Positions 52,985 through 62,333 of a stretch of 64,000 nucleotides of DNA are shown piece by piece. The translations under genes and the position numbers were made by a program. The notes under the pieces are model-generated. The model saw only the letters and a program-made list of their open reading frames with translations. It searched no databases and had not been told where the DNA came from. The DNA is from Synechococcus sp. (GTDB taxonomy: Bacteria > Cyanobacteriota > Cyanobacteriia > Thermostichales > PCC-7336), in the NCBI GenBank assembly GCA_051439605.1, contig JBFRWN010000141.1, positions 1-64,000 of the forward strand, read 5' to 3'. How positions within the stretch are numbered: the first letter of the stretch is position 1; each line of letters opens with the position of its first letter.

Positions 52985-53995
52985 ATGTCCACCTCTGCTC
53001 TTGTCAGCGTTGTCATTCCTGCCTACGAATGCCAGCAGTTTATTGGTGAGGCAATCCACAGCGTTCTAGCACAGAAAAATTGTGATGTTGAAGCGATCGT
53101 TGTCGATGACGGTTCCACCGATCGTACCGGTGAGATTGTGTTTGAACTGCAAAGGACACTATTGAACAGTGGTCTAAATTCACGCTTACGGTATGAATAT
53201 CAGGAGAACCAGGGGGTCTGTGCTGCTCGCAATCGCGGTATTCAATTGGCTGCAGGTGAGTTTATCGCGTTTTTGGATGCTGATGACTTTTTTTTGCCCG
53301 ATAAATTGGCCGCTCAATTGTCTGTTTTCGCAGGGCAGCCAGAATTAGGGGCAGTGCACAGCGGTTGGAGACGGGTGGATAGTAACGGGCAGACTCTTCA
53401 AGACGTTTGTCCTTGGGAGATAGTTGAAGAATTGTCACTAGAAAACTGGCTGAGGTTCAAACCGGTTCTACCCAGCGCCATGATGTTTCGGCGATCGTGC
53501 TTAGAGGCCGTTGAGGGATTTGATGTTCAACTGACAGCAGCCGAGGACGTTGATTTGGTTTGGCGGTTATCACTATCGGGTTGCTTATTTGCTTGGCTAC
53601 CTAGAGTTACGGTTGCTTATCGCCAACATCCAGACAGTGCCATGAAAAATGGTTTAGCCCAGGCAAGAGATTTACCCAAGGTCCTGAACAAGTTTTTTAG
53701 TCGAGCACAACTGCCTGTTGAGATTCGCTTGATAGAGCGAGAGGTGCGCTACAGCACCCTGGTATGGCTGGCGTGGTTTTTGTATTCATCGGGACAAATG
53801 AGCTACATGCTTGACTTCCTAAGCCAATCAACAAAGTATTCTTCCTTGTCTGCAACTGAACTAATAGTGGATTGGATTGAACGATTTGTCATATTCACGC
53901 GAGACGTTGGCGATGATTTCAATGCGCGAGCTTTTGTAAAGTCTCTTGGATGGCAGCAATTACTGCAGCGGATAATGCCGTACGACAACCGCTAA
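52985..53995 (+). CDS. GT2 glycosyltransferase
   Basis: VSVVIPAY, VDDGSTD, FLDADD and AED motifs. Confidence 0.92.
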   Translation: MSTSALVSVVIPAYECQQFIGEAIHSVLAQKNCDVEAIVVDDGSTDRTGEIVFELQRTLLNSGLNSRLRYEYQENQGVCAARNRGIQLAAGEFIAFLDADDFFLPDKLAAQLSVFAGQPELGAVHSGWRRVDSNGQTLQDVCPWEIVEELSLENWLRFKPVLPSAMMFRRSCLEAVEGFDVQLTAAEDVDLVWRLSLSGCLFAWLPRVTVAYRQHPDSAMKNGLAQARDLPKVLNKFFSRAQLPVEIRLIEREVRYSTLVWLAWFLYSSGQMSYMLDFLSQSTKYSSLSATELIVDWIERFVIFTRDVGDDFNARAFVKSLGWQQLLQRIMPYDNR

Positions 53996-54229
53996 AGCAT
54001 CTATTTTCTATCTCAGGGAGGATTGCAAGATCTTAAAGAAGTAGGGGATCTTGCTTGCTGAGAACGAAGGCAATTTGGCTGTTACTATAACGGAACAAAA
54101 AAATTCACCCGCACTACCCCCTACCAGATAGGGATAGGGCGTAATGCGAGCCGATGGCCTCGAATTAGCTTCAGAGCCTTAAAGGAAATTGAGTACCAGG
54201 GACTTAACCCTGGTCTCTAAATACGAACT

Positions 54230-55168
54230 TTAGAACAAGTCGAACAGTTCATCGGATGGTGAAGTGAAGGAGGTATTTTCGACGATGATGTCTGCTCCTT
54301 GATTGGGGCCACCCACCGTTAAATCTAGCCCTTCAGCTAGTTGAGCAACCGTCTTACCGTTGACAGTAATCGAACCACTACTCACGTCGTAGCTCACATC
54401 GGCAATATCAAAACTGGTTTGAATGACGACTACATCTTCACCTTGAACAAAGTCAACGATTTGATCGACCTGAGTTCCATCCTCAATAGTTTCTCGGATT
54501 AAGAACACATCGGAGCCTCTGAAACCCTTCAGGGTGTCGAGTCCGGAACCACCGTACAGAACATCGCGTCCTTCGGCACCAACTAAACTGTCATTGCCTG
54601 CACCTCCGATGAGGATGTCATCATCATCACCCCCTTTCAAAACATCGTTACCTTCACCTCCAACTAAAGTATCGTTGTTGTCTCCCCCTTTGAGGGTGTC
54701 GTTTCCAAGTCCACCCTCAAGATAATCACTATCGTTATTACCTTCCAGAGAATCGTTACCTTCTCCGCCATTAAGGGTGTCGTTATCGTAACCCCCGATC
54801 AAGGTGTCATTGCCGTCAGCACCTTCAAGGCTGTCAGCCCCCTTGTTGCCGTAAACAATGTCATCACCACTGTTTCCGAACAATTGGTCTTTGCCGGTAC
54901 TACCTTTGAGGGTGTCCTGACCTTCTCCACCGGTGATGATGTCATCGCCAGGACCACCTCTCAGGAAGTCATTCCCTCCAGCACCAATTATGGTGTCATC
55001 TCCAGAATTACCATCTGCCAAATCGTCCTGGCCAAACAAAACAATCAAATCATCGCTGGTAGTACTGTAGGAGACTCGATTAGGAATGTCGGAGAAGCCT
55101 TCAAAAATAAATCCATCACTAGTACTTACCGTACTTTTTGGAGTAGTAGGATCGGAAATGGTTGACAT
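54230..55168 (-). CDS. RTX / hemolysin-type Ca-binding repeat protein
   Basis: Long run of GGxGxDxLx nonapeptides, IVDFVQGED C-terminal motif, no N-terminal signal peptide. Confidence 0.92.
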   Translation of the reverse strand: MSTISDPTTPKSTVSTSDGFIFEGFSDIPNRVSYSTTSDDLIVLFGQDDLADGNSGDDTIIGAGGNDFLRGGPGDDIITGGEGQDTLKGSTGKDQLFGNSGDDIVYGNKGADSLEGADGNDTLIGGYDNDTLNGGEGNDSLEGNNDSDYLEGGLGNDTLKGGDNNDTLVGGEGNDVLKGGDDDDILIGGAGNDSLVGAEGRDVLYGGSGLDTLKGFRGSDVFLIRETIEDGTQVDQIVDFVQGEDVVVIQTSFDIADVSYDVSSGSITVNGKTVAQLAEGLDLTVGGPNQGADIIVENTSFTSPSDELFDLF

Positions 55169-55944
55169 GCTTGTTACCCCAGTTGCAACACACAAAAACT
55201 AGAGCCAACATATTCTTAATAAATTAACTTGTCTAGTAATCTTCGATACATTACCAAAATTGATTTTAGTTGTTATGGCTCGCGTGAATTACAGCAGAGG
55301 CCTTACAATTCATAGCATATGGGACATATCTTTAGGAAGATTTTAGTTTGAAATTTAGACAGAACTACAGTTGAGTTTTGAGCATTATTTACCTCTCAAC
55401 ACTTAAGTGTTTTCTGCTGTAAGTGTGGCCCCAAGTTCATTTCCTACCTGAGCTACAGAATGACTGCAATAACTAGCTTCTGATGACACAAGAATCCCAC
55501 CTTTGGGTGCATACAGAGATGGATAGCAGGCTAAGACACTACCTGTAGTTGTATAAAAATAAATTTGCAACCTGGCTAGTATTGCAGTTGTCGATCGCAA
55601 ATCATCATGTTAGGTCGTATAGCAAGCTACTCGTAATCCTAGATTCAAGATGTGATTTCAAAGATGAACGGAATCTTGTATTTGCATATTTAGGTTGCTA
55701 CTGATACAAAGCCCTATCGAACATCGAAATAGCTATTATTGCTGAGTCATATTCACAAAGCTGAGCTCCTATATTGCTAGTTTTCACTGTTGTTCTTTTT
55801 TGTGTAGAAGTGATAAAAGTGTGTGCAGATTACCATTTCCGATGCTGTTTTGGAGGTCTGGCTGGGAAAGCAAGATGCTTCCTTCAACGGATATTAGAGG
55901 AGATTCTTGTTCCCTGTGCCCAGATATAGTTAGGTGCTTTCACT

Positions 55945-57174
55945 ATGACTAATATGACGGTCGATAATAGTCGTAAGGACTCCGCTGAAGATCATTACGA
56001 TTTGGGGGTCAGGTTATATGAAGAGGGACGATTGGAAGATGCGATCGCCTGTTTTCAGATTGCCCTCAAGCTGCTGCCCAACCACGAAGCAGCTTTGTAC
56101 GGATTGGCTCAGGTGTCCGAGAAGCTGGGGAATTGGGAAGAAAGTATTCGTTGCTATCGAAAGATTCAGGAATTCAATCAGAACTCAGCATGGATATACG
56201 TCGCCATCGGTGACATCTACCTCAAACAGCAACAGGCAGAGTTTGCGATTCAGTCCGTAAATCGGGCAAAAAATAACTGCAACCCAGTTTCCTCCGAGGT
56301 GTACAGGCTCCTTGGGGATGCTCTGGTTCAGAAGGAAGATGTAGAGCAGGCCATCAAAGCGTATCAAGAAGGACTAGCTCTAGAGCCAAACTCAGGAAGA
56401 CTGCTTTTCAAGCTTGGAGAGCTGTATAGGAAATGGACAAACAATCTTGATGAAGCAATGCATTGCTATCAAAAAGCGGTGGATGTAGACCAGGCTGATG
56501 CGTGGACATACTATTGCCTGGGGAATTGCACAGAGAAAAAGGGTGATGTTGAAAAAGCCATTCAACACTATCAAACTGCATTGACACTCAAACCCGAGGC
56601 AGGGTGGATTCATTTTTCGTTGGGGCAGGCACTGTTTAAAACAGGGTCTTTTACTGAGGCGCTGGAATGCTGCACCAAGTCAGAGACTTATTTAGATAGG
56701 GTATCCCCGCAATTGTTGAGGCTGAAGGGAAAAACCTTGTACGAACTGGATAGGTTGGATGAGGCTGCTGAAAGCTTTCAATCGGCGATCGCCGTCAAGC
56801 CTGACTTGGGCTGGGCATACGCATGGCTTGGAAAGGTGTATCGGGATAGGGAACTACCTGAAGTTGCAATGGATAATTTTAGAAAGGCAATCCAAATGAA
56901 CTTCCGTTCCCCATGGATATTGCATTCGTTGGGGCAACTGCTTCATCAAGCAGGAGACTCCGAACAGGCGATGAAATACCTTCGAGAGGCGATTAGCAAG
57001 AAATCTAATTTTCCTGCAGCCCAACAATTGCTAGAAATCATCAAGGCAGAATTTAGTCGGCCCACACCAGCTTATGCAGCAATTTCAGAAACACAAGTGA
57101 AACAGGCTAGAACGCAGAAGCGTTCGGGAATTGGCTTGTTATCGAAGGTGTTCTCCTTCTTAAGAAGGGATTGA
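55945..57174 (+). CDS. TPR-repeat protein
   Basis: About 10 consecutive TPR units. Confidence 0.9.
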   Translation: MTNMTVDNSRKDSAEDHYDLGVRLYEEGRLEDAIACFQIALKLLPNHEAALYGLAQVSEKLGNWEESIRCYRKIQEFNQNSAWIYVAIGDIYLKQQQAEFAIQSVNRAKNNCNPVSSEVYRLLGDALVQKEDVEQAIKAYQEGLALEPNSGRLLFKLGELYRKWTNNLDEAMHCYQKAVDVDQADAWTYYCLGNCTEKKGDVEKAIQHYQTALTLKPEAGWIHFSLGQALFKTGSFTEALECCTKSETYLDRVSPQLLRLKGKTLYELDRLDEAAESFQSAIAVKPDLGWAYAWLGKVYRDRELPEVAMDNFRKAIQMNFRSPWILHSLGQLLHQAGDSEQAMKYLREAISKKSNFPAAQQLLEIIKAEFSRPTPAYAAISETQVKQARTQKRSGIGLLSKVFSFLRRD

Positions 57175-57226
57175 GAAGATAGAAACGGTTGCAACGAAAA
57201 GTCATTCGGAATGTTGAGAGGATGCA

Positions 57227-59764
57227 ATGTTTGAGAAAAGATATCAGAATATCATGAATAAGGTAGACACTCAAGCCTCAGACAATAATTTTATCGAGGA
57301 AGAGCGAAGAGAACAGCTAGAAACTACATTCAAACAGTCACACAATGGTGAAAAGTCAAGCACTATTGAGCAAGCTGAAGGGAGTAATGTAAGTCTAGTG
57401 ATAGAGAGATCAAAAGAGATTGTTGAACAGCCTACAAATACATATCCTAAAGCATCCACTGATGGGATAGGAATATCGTTATTTATACGGTTACAGAAAT
57501 TATTAACAGGTATTAGGCAAGCTCAATCACGCCCTCAACAAACGGTAAACACAGTTGCCAGCATAGCAAGCTCCGAAATCGTATCTTCGACAAGTAGTTT
57601 GGAAAAGAAATCAAACTCAGCGGGCGTGTCGCATCATTCTGATGCGATCACAATTTATTTGGATCAAGCACAAATATATTGCAATCAACAACAATGGAAG
57701 AAATCAATTGGAGTATGTCAGGAGATATTGAAGACCCACCCAGAAAATGTCAGTGCCCTGAAAATGTGGGGGGATATTTTGCAGAAGATGGGTCACGGTG
57801 CAGATTCAATGGGGTATTACGCTAAAGCGCTCCAAATTCAACCCAATTCACCTGAAGTGCATGCAAATTTAGCAACACTGTACGCAAAACGGAAAAAATG
57901 GAATAGAGCAGCTGAGCACTATCAAAAAGCGATAGAGGTAAATCCAAGCTTTGCAGGAGCATACCGTAATTTAGCAAAAGTATATAAACAGTTAGGTAAG
58001 CATCAAGAGATGAACCAATGTTTAGTGAGGGCTATGTTACTCAAACCTGAATTAGGGACGGTTGAAGAGCTATGCAAAGTCGGTCATACCCTAACCGAAG
58101 GTAGTGTAGACGAAGCAGTCAAGTGTTATAAAGCAGCTATAAAACTGGAACCCAATTGTCTAGAAGCTTATCAAGCATTAGGCAACATATATGACAATCA
58201 GGGTGAGTGGCAGAAAGCAGTGAATTGCTATCGCAGAGTATTAGATTTAAAGGAAGCACGTGCGATCGAGCATGGAAATAAAGGATTGCCAAGTCAAACT
58301 GTAAGAAAGCATAGCTTACCAAAATTAAACGATCTTCGGAAGCTGACAAGTAGTGAAAATATAGAATCAAAGTCGATTTCAAACAAAACTATTATCGATT
58401 CGCAGCAAGAAAATAGAGATGTAGAAAAAAGTCTGCTGCAAAGGACAAAGCTACAAGTATCGAGTGAAAAGGTTAAAAAAACACAAATTGAAGCAGCGAC
58501 TGTCAAGAAATATTCAACATCCGGCATAAAGAAAAATAATACAGCTGCTTCTGCAAAAAACACTATAAAAGGTGAAAAAGAAAGAATCAAAATACTGTTA
58601 GAGAGAGAAAAGGAAAGGCCAGAAGAAGTAAGTATACAGTTAGAGTTAGGCCATCATTATCTAGAACAGCAAGAGTGGGAAAGAGCTAGAATACATTTTG
58701 AAAAGGCTTTAAAATTAAATCATGTATCTGCTGCTCTATACCGAAATCTTGCTAAAGTTTTAAATAATTTAGGAAAGAGAGAAGAAGCAGCAGAATATTG
58801 GTACAGAAGCTTTCAGTTAGATCCTGAGTGGGCTTCAGCAATGCACCATACGATACTAGGCGAAGAGTTGCTCAACCAAAAAAAGACAGATAAAGCAGAA
58901 GTTTGTTTTATAAAAGCTATTGAAACAGATTCAAAGTTCAAAGAAGCATATGAGAAATTAGGATATTTGTATGAGAAACAAGGCACAATCAACAAGCAAA
59001 TAAACACATATGAAAAATTTAATGGTGAAGTTCCTGAGGATAGTCAGGCAAAAATAAAGTTAGCAAAACTATTAGTAGGTCAGAAAAGATATCCAGAAGC
59101 GGAAAAAATACTATTGAAGGCGATCGAGCTAGCACCTGATGATTGGGAAGCCTATCATATTCTTGGAAATACACTGACCGAGCAAAAGAAATGGTCTGAA
59201 GCAGAAAAATATTTGTATCGTGCAATTGAGCTCAATAAAATGTATTCATGGTCCTACAGCAGTATTGGTGAAGTATTAATCCGGTTGGATCGGCAAGAAG
59301 ATGCGATCAAATACTTATGTAAAGCTATAGAGTTGAAACCAGATTTTTGCTGGTCACACTACAACTTAGGTGATGCGTATTCAGATTTAGAAATGTGGGG
59401 TAAAGCACTTGCTTGTTATCAAAGAGCAAATGAAATAGAACCAGATCTTCCACAAATCGAAGAAAAATTGGGATATGCAATATTATGGACAGAAGAGAAT
59501 CCAGAGAAGGCATTAGAGCTGTACAAAAAAGAAATTACCAAAAAACCAGAAAATGAATCTAACTATTACAAGGCATTAGAAATTGAGCCCTATAATCTTG
59601 GCTTGTATATAGAATTAGGAAATCTATTTGAAGTTAGACAGGAATATGAAAAGGCAATTGCATATTATCAACTAGCTCTAGAAATTGAACCAAGCCGTAC
59701 AGATATAATTGCAAAGCTTCAAAAGATTGAATCAAATAAAATAGAAAAGTTGAATCCGGTGTGA
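57227..59764 (+). CDS. Large TPR-repeat protein with Lys/Ser-rich linkers
   Basis: Two TPR arrays separated by a low-complexity segment. Confidence 0.9.
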   Translation: MFEKRYQNIMNKVDTQASDNNFIEEERREQLETTFKQSHNGEKSSTIEQAEGSNVSLVIERSKEIVEQPTNTYPKASTDGIGISLFIRLQKLLTGIRQAQSRPQQTVNTVASIASSEIVSSTSSLEKKSNSAGVSHHSDAITIYLDQAQIYCNQQQWKKSIGVCQEILKTHPENVSALKMWGDILQKMGHGADSMGYYAKALQIQPNSPEVHANLATLYAKRKKWNRAAEHYQKAIEVNPSFAGAYRNLAKVYKQLGKHQEMNQCLVRAMLLKPELGTVEELCKVGHTLTEGSVDEAVKCYKAAIKLEPNCLEAYQALGNIYDNQGEWQKAVNCYRRVLDLKEARAIEHGNKGLPSQTVRKHSLPKLNDLRKLTSSENIESKSISNKTIIDSQQENRDVEKSLLQRTKLQVSSEKVKKTQIEAATVKKYSTSGIKKNNTAASAKNTIKGEKERIKILLEREKERPEEVSIQLELGHHYLEQQEWERARIHFEKALKLNHVSAALYRNLAKVLNNLGKREEAAEYWYRSFQLDPEWASAMHHTILGEELLNQKKTDKAEVCFIKAIETDSKFKEAYEKLGYLYEKQGTINKQINTYEKFNGEVPEDSQAKIKLAKLLVGQKRYPEAEKILLKAIELAPDDWEAYHILGNTLTEQKKWSEAEKYLYRAIELNKMYSWSYSSIGEVLIRLDRQEDAIKYLCKAIELKPDFCWSHYNLGDAYSDLEMWGKALACYQRANEIEPDLPQIEEKLGYAILWTEENPEKALELYKKEITKKPENESNYYKALEIEPYNLGLYIELGNLFEVRQEYEKAIAYYQLALEIEPSRTDIIAKLQKIESNKIEKLNPV

Positions 59765-59852
59765 AACCTTAAGGCAAACAAGAAATAGAGTAAGAACGAG
59801 AAGCAAGCAGTTCAAAAGTTAAGTAGTAAGCAATAGCAAAGGAGTAAGTATT

Positions 59853-61286
59853 GTGGAAAGCTTAAGTATAGTAATTCCTTGTTATAATGAATCTGAATAT
59901 ATTGAGAAATCACTGGAGAGTGTCTATGCACAAAGTTTTAAAGAGATAGACATTATTATAATAGACGACGGCTCAAGTGACGATCTAAAGAACATTATTA
60001 ATAATAAATATTCTGGTAGAGTAAGATATTACTATCAAGAAAATAAAGGATCGGCAGCAGCACGAAATCGAGGGATCAGAGAATCAAGAGGTCAATTTAT
60101 AGCATTTCTAGATGCTGACGATGTTTGGCTAGATAGTAATAAACTAGAAGAACAATATAATCTTCTTAGAAACGATGCTTCATTAGGATGCGTTCAAACA
60201 GGATGGTGTACCCTAGATGAAAATGGAAATAAAATAAATAGCAATAAGTTTTGGGAAAGATATCCAGAATTAGATACTGATACATGGCTGTCATCGAAAT
60301 GCTTCCTAACAAGTGCTAGTATGTTTAGACGTAGTTGGTTAGAGCGAGCAAATGGATTTGACGAAACATTGAAGCAAGCTCACGATATAGATTTAATACT
60401 ACGACTTGCACTAATGGGATGTCAGACTAAATGGTTAAAAAAAGAATGTGTTGGATACAGAAGGCACAAGCATAATACGACAAATAATGGAGTTGATCAG
60501 TCAAACAGTATCATCAAAGTACTCGACAAGTTTTATAGTCAGCCAGATCTACCTTTAAAGATCAAAGCCAATGAAAACGAAATAAGATATAGTACATATG
60601 TTTGGCAGGCTTGGTGGAATTGGTGTCAGTTAGAAAATGTATCAACGGCAGTTAAACTGCTAAAACTATCATTAACTTATACAAGTAGACTCAAAGCTGA
60701 GATCATAGGAAATTGGATTTCTAGTTTTAGTCATTATTCAAAAGAACACAACATTAGCTTTAGTGCAAAGGATATTACAGATTCACATAACTGGAGACAG
60801 TTAACAAGAGAAGTATGTCTTGGAGAAGACGTGAGTCATAATCATCATCAAGTTCTTCAAGAAAAGATTAAGAAGAGAGAAAACAATGTTGCTGTAAATG
60901 CAACTCAAAATGCGGGTAATGAATTAAATAAAGCAGAAAAAGTTGATAAAATATTTAAAGAAGAATTAAAACTAAGAAATGAAATAGAGAATTATCGCAA
61001 AATAAATGAGGATCTTAAAGACGAGCTTGCTGAAATCAAGAATGGATTAGATTTACGCAAACCATCGAGCAAGAACAGTATTGCCAAAATAGAACATAAA
61101 TTCGAAAACAATAAACAGCTAAACTTAGAGGCCACTGAAGATGTAAGGGAGTTGCTAACTCAAATAGATGAACAACAGAGTTTGATTTTACAACTTGAAT
61201 TTGAAAAGGAAATGATACAAGAAGAAAAAGAGTTAATATTACTACAATTTTATCAAGTACAGGAGGAAATAAGAATGTATCTTTAA
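59853..61286 (+). CDS. GT2 glycosyltransferase with C-terminal coiled coil
   Basis: SIVIPCYN, IDDGS and FLDADD motifs; E/K/Q/L-rich heptad tail. Confidence 0.9.
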   Translation: MESLSIVIPCYNESEYIEKSLESVYAQSFKEIDIIIIDDGSSDDLKNIINNKYSGRVRYYYQENKGSAAARNRGIRESRGQFIAFLDADDVWLDSNKLEEQYNLLRNDASLGCVQTGWCTLDENGNKINSNKFWERYPELDTDTWLSSKCFLTSASMFRRSWLERANGFDETLKQAHDIDLILRLALMGCQTKWLKKECVGYRRHKHNTTNNGVDQSNSIIKVLDKFYSQPDLPLKIKANENEIRYSTYVWQAWWNWCQLENVSTAVKLLKLSLTYTSRLKAEIIGNWISSFSHYSKEHNISFSAKDITDSHNWRQLTREVCLGEDVSHNHHQVLQEKIKKRENNVAVNATQNAGNELNKAEKVDKIFKEELKLRNEIENYRKINEDLKDELAEIKNGLDLRKPSSKNSIAKIEHKFENNKQLNLEATEDVRELLTQIDEQQSLILQLEFEKEMIQEEKELILLQFYQVQEEIRMYL

Positions 61287-61323
61287 TATTCAGTAGTTAT
61301 ACTTAAAGGTAATCGGTAAATCA

Positions 61324-62295
61324 ATGCTTAAAATGGAAGCACATTTTAATAAAAATAATAAGGATATTCAACAGCTGAAGTCACAGCTATTGAATATTAA
61401 AAGAAATAATAAAAGTGATACCAGCAACATAGAATTATCTGAAGTTTGTACAGATGTTTCCAAGTTTATGCAAAAAATAACAGGAGAGTCTGAATTGCTA
61501 GAAATAGATACTAAGCGTTTCAGATACAATCAAGATGTGTACAATATTTTGCACGTAAAAGAAGATTATATTCCGTATAGAATAGAGAAAGATTTAGGAT
61601 TTTACGAACTCAATTTTCTAGAAATTCTCCAGTTTTTTCACGAAAAGAATCAAGTTATTATAGATGTTGGAGCTAATATAGGAAATCACACAATCTTTTT
61701 TTCTAAAGTAATGGGTGCAGAGGTAGCAGCTATAGAACCAGAGCCACATAACCATCTATTGCTGTGGTCCAATACAATCATCAATGATATTGAAGAAGAC
61801 GTGCATCTCTATAGATATGCAATAGGAGAGGAAGATGGCTCAATGACAATCGAGATGAATGTAGAATCAAATTTTGGATCCTTCACCAGAGACGTGAAAG
61901 CAAACCCCAACGGAAAACAGCTTTCGTTATCTAGAAAAGTATCAGTGCCAGTCTTAACTTTAGATAAGACGTTAATAGATATTACAAAGAACAAAAAAAT
62001 ATCGATTATAAAGATTGATGTTGAGGGTATGGAGATTGAAGTCTTAAGAGGAGCTAGCCAGATTATAAGTTCCTCCTTACCAATAATCAGCGTCGAGTGT
62101 TTTAAAAAGGAAGATCTACTGGCGGCAGAAAATATTCTAAAGCCATATAATTATTTCGTGTTTGAATCTGCTAATGCAACTCCAACATTTATCTTCGCTA
62201 GCAGAGATAACAATAGACATTTAGAATATTTAAATCAATATCTAAGATTTAAAGCAATGAAAAAAGTAGAAAAGCAAATGTATCGCTTTAATTAG
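61324..62295 (+). CDS. FkbM-family methyltransferase
   Basis: IDVGANIGNH, IEP and IKIDVEGME motifs. Confidence 0.92.
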   Translation: MLKMEAHFNKNNKDIQQLKSQLLNIKRNNKSDTSNIELSEVCTDVSKFMQKITGESELLEIDTKRFRYNQDVYNILHVKEDYIPYRIEKDLGFYELNFLEILQFFHEKNQVIIDVGANIGNHTIFFSKVMGAEVAAIEPEPHNHLLLWSNTIINDIEEDVHLYRYAIGEEDGSMTIEMNVESNFGSFTRDVKANPNGKQLSLSRKVSVPVLTLDKTLIDITKNKKISIIKIDVEGMEIEVLRGASQIISSSLPIISVECFKKEDLLAAENILKPYNYFVFESANATPTFIFASRDNNRHLEYLNQYLRFKAMKKVEKQMYRFN

Positions 62296-62333
62296 TTATT
62301 ATTGCTGTAAACTCACTCGCCTGGATCTTTACT

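Noticed and set aside
54500..55040. Periodic DNA repeats that might suggest a CRISPR array or tandem repeat
   Set aside because: They are coding RTX nonapeptide repeats; likewise the pentapeptide repeats at 5.2-5.9 kb.
55196..55944. Long intergenic gap with a 65-aa ORF
   Set aside because: No recognisable RNA gene or protein motif; consistent with a divergent promoter region.
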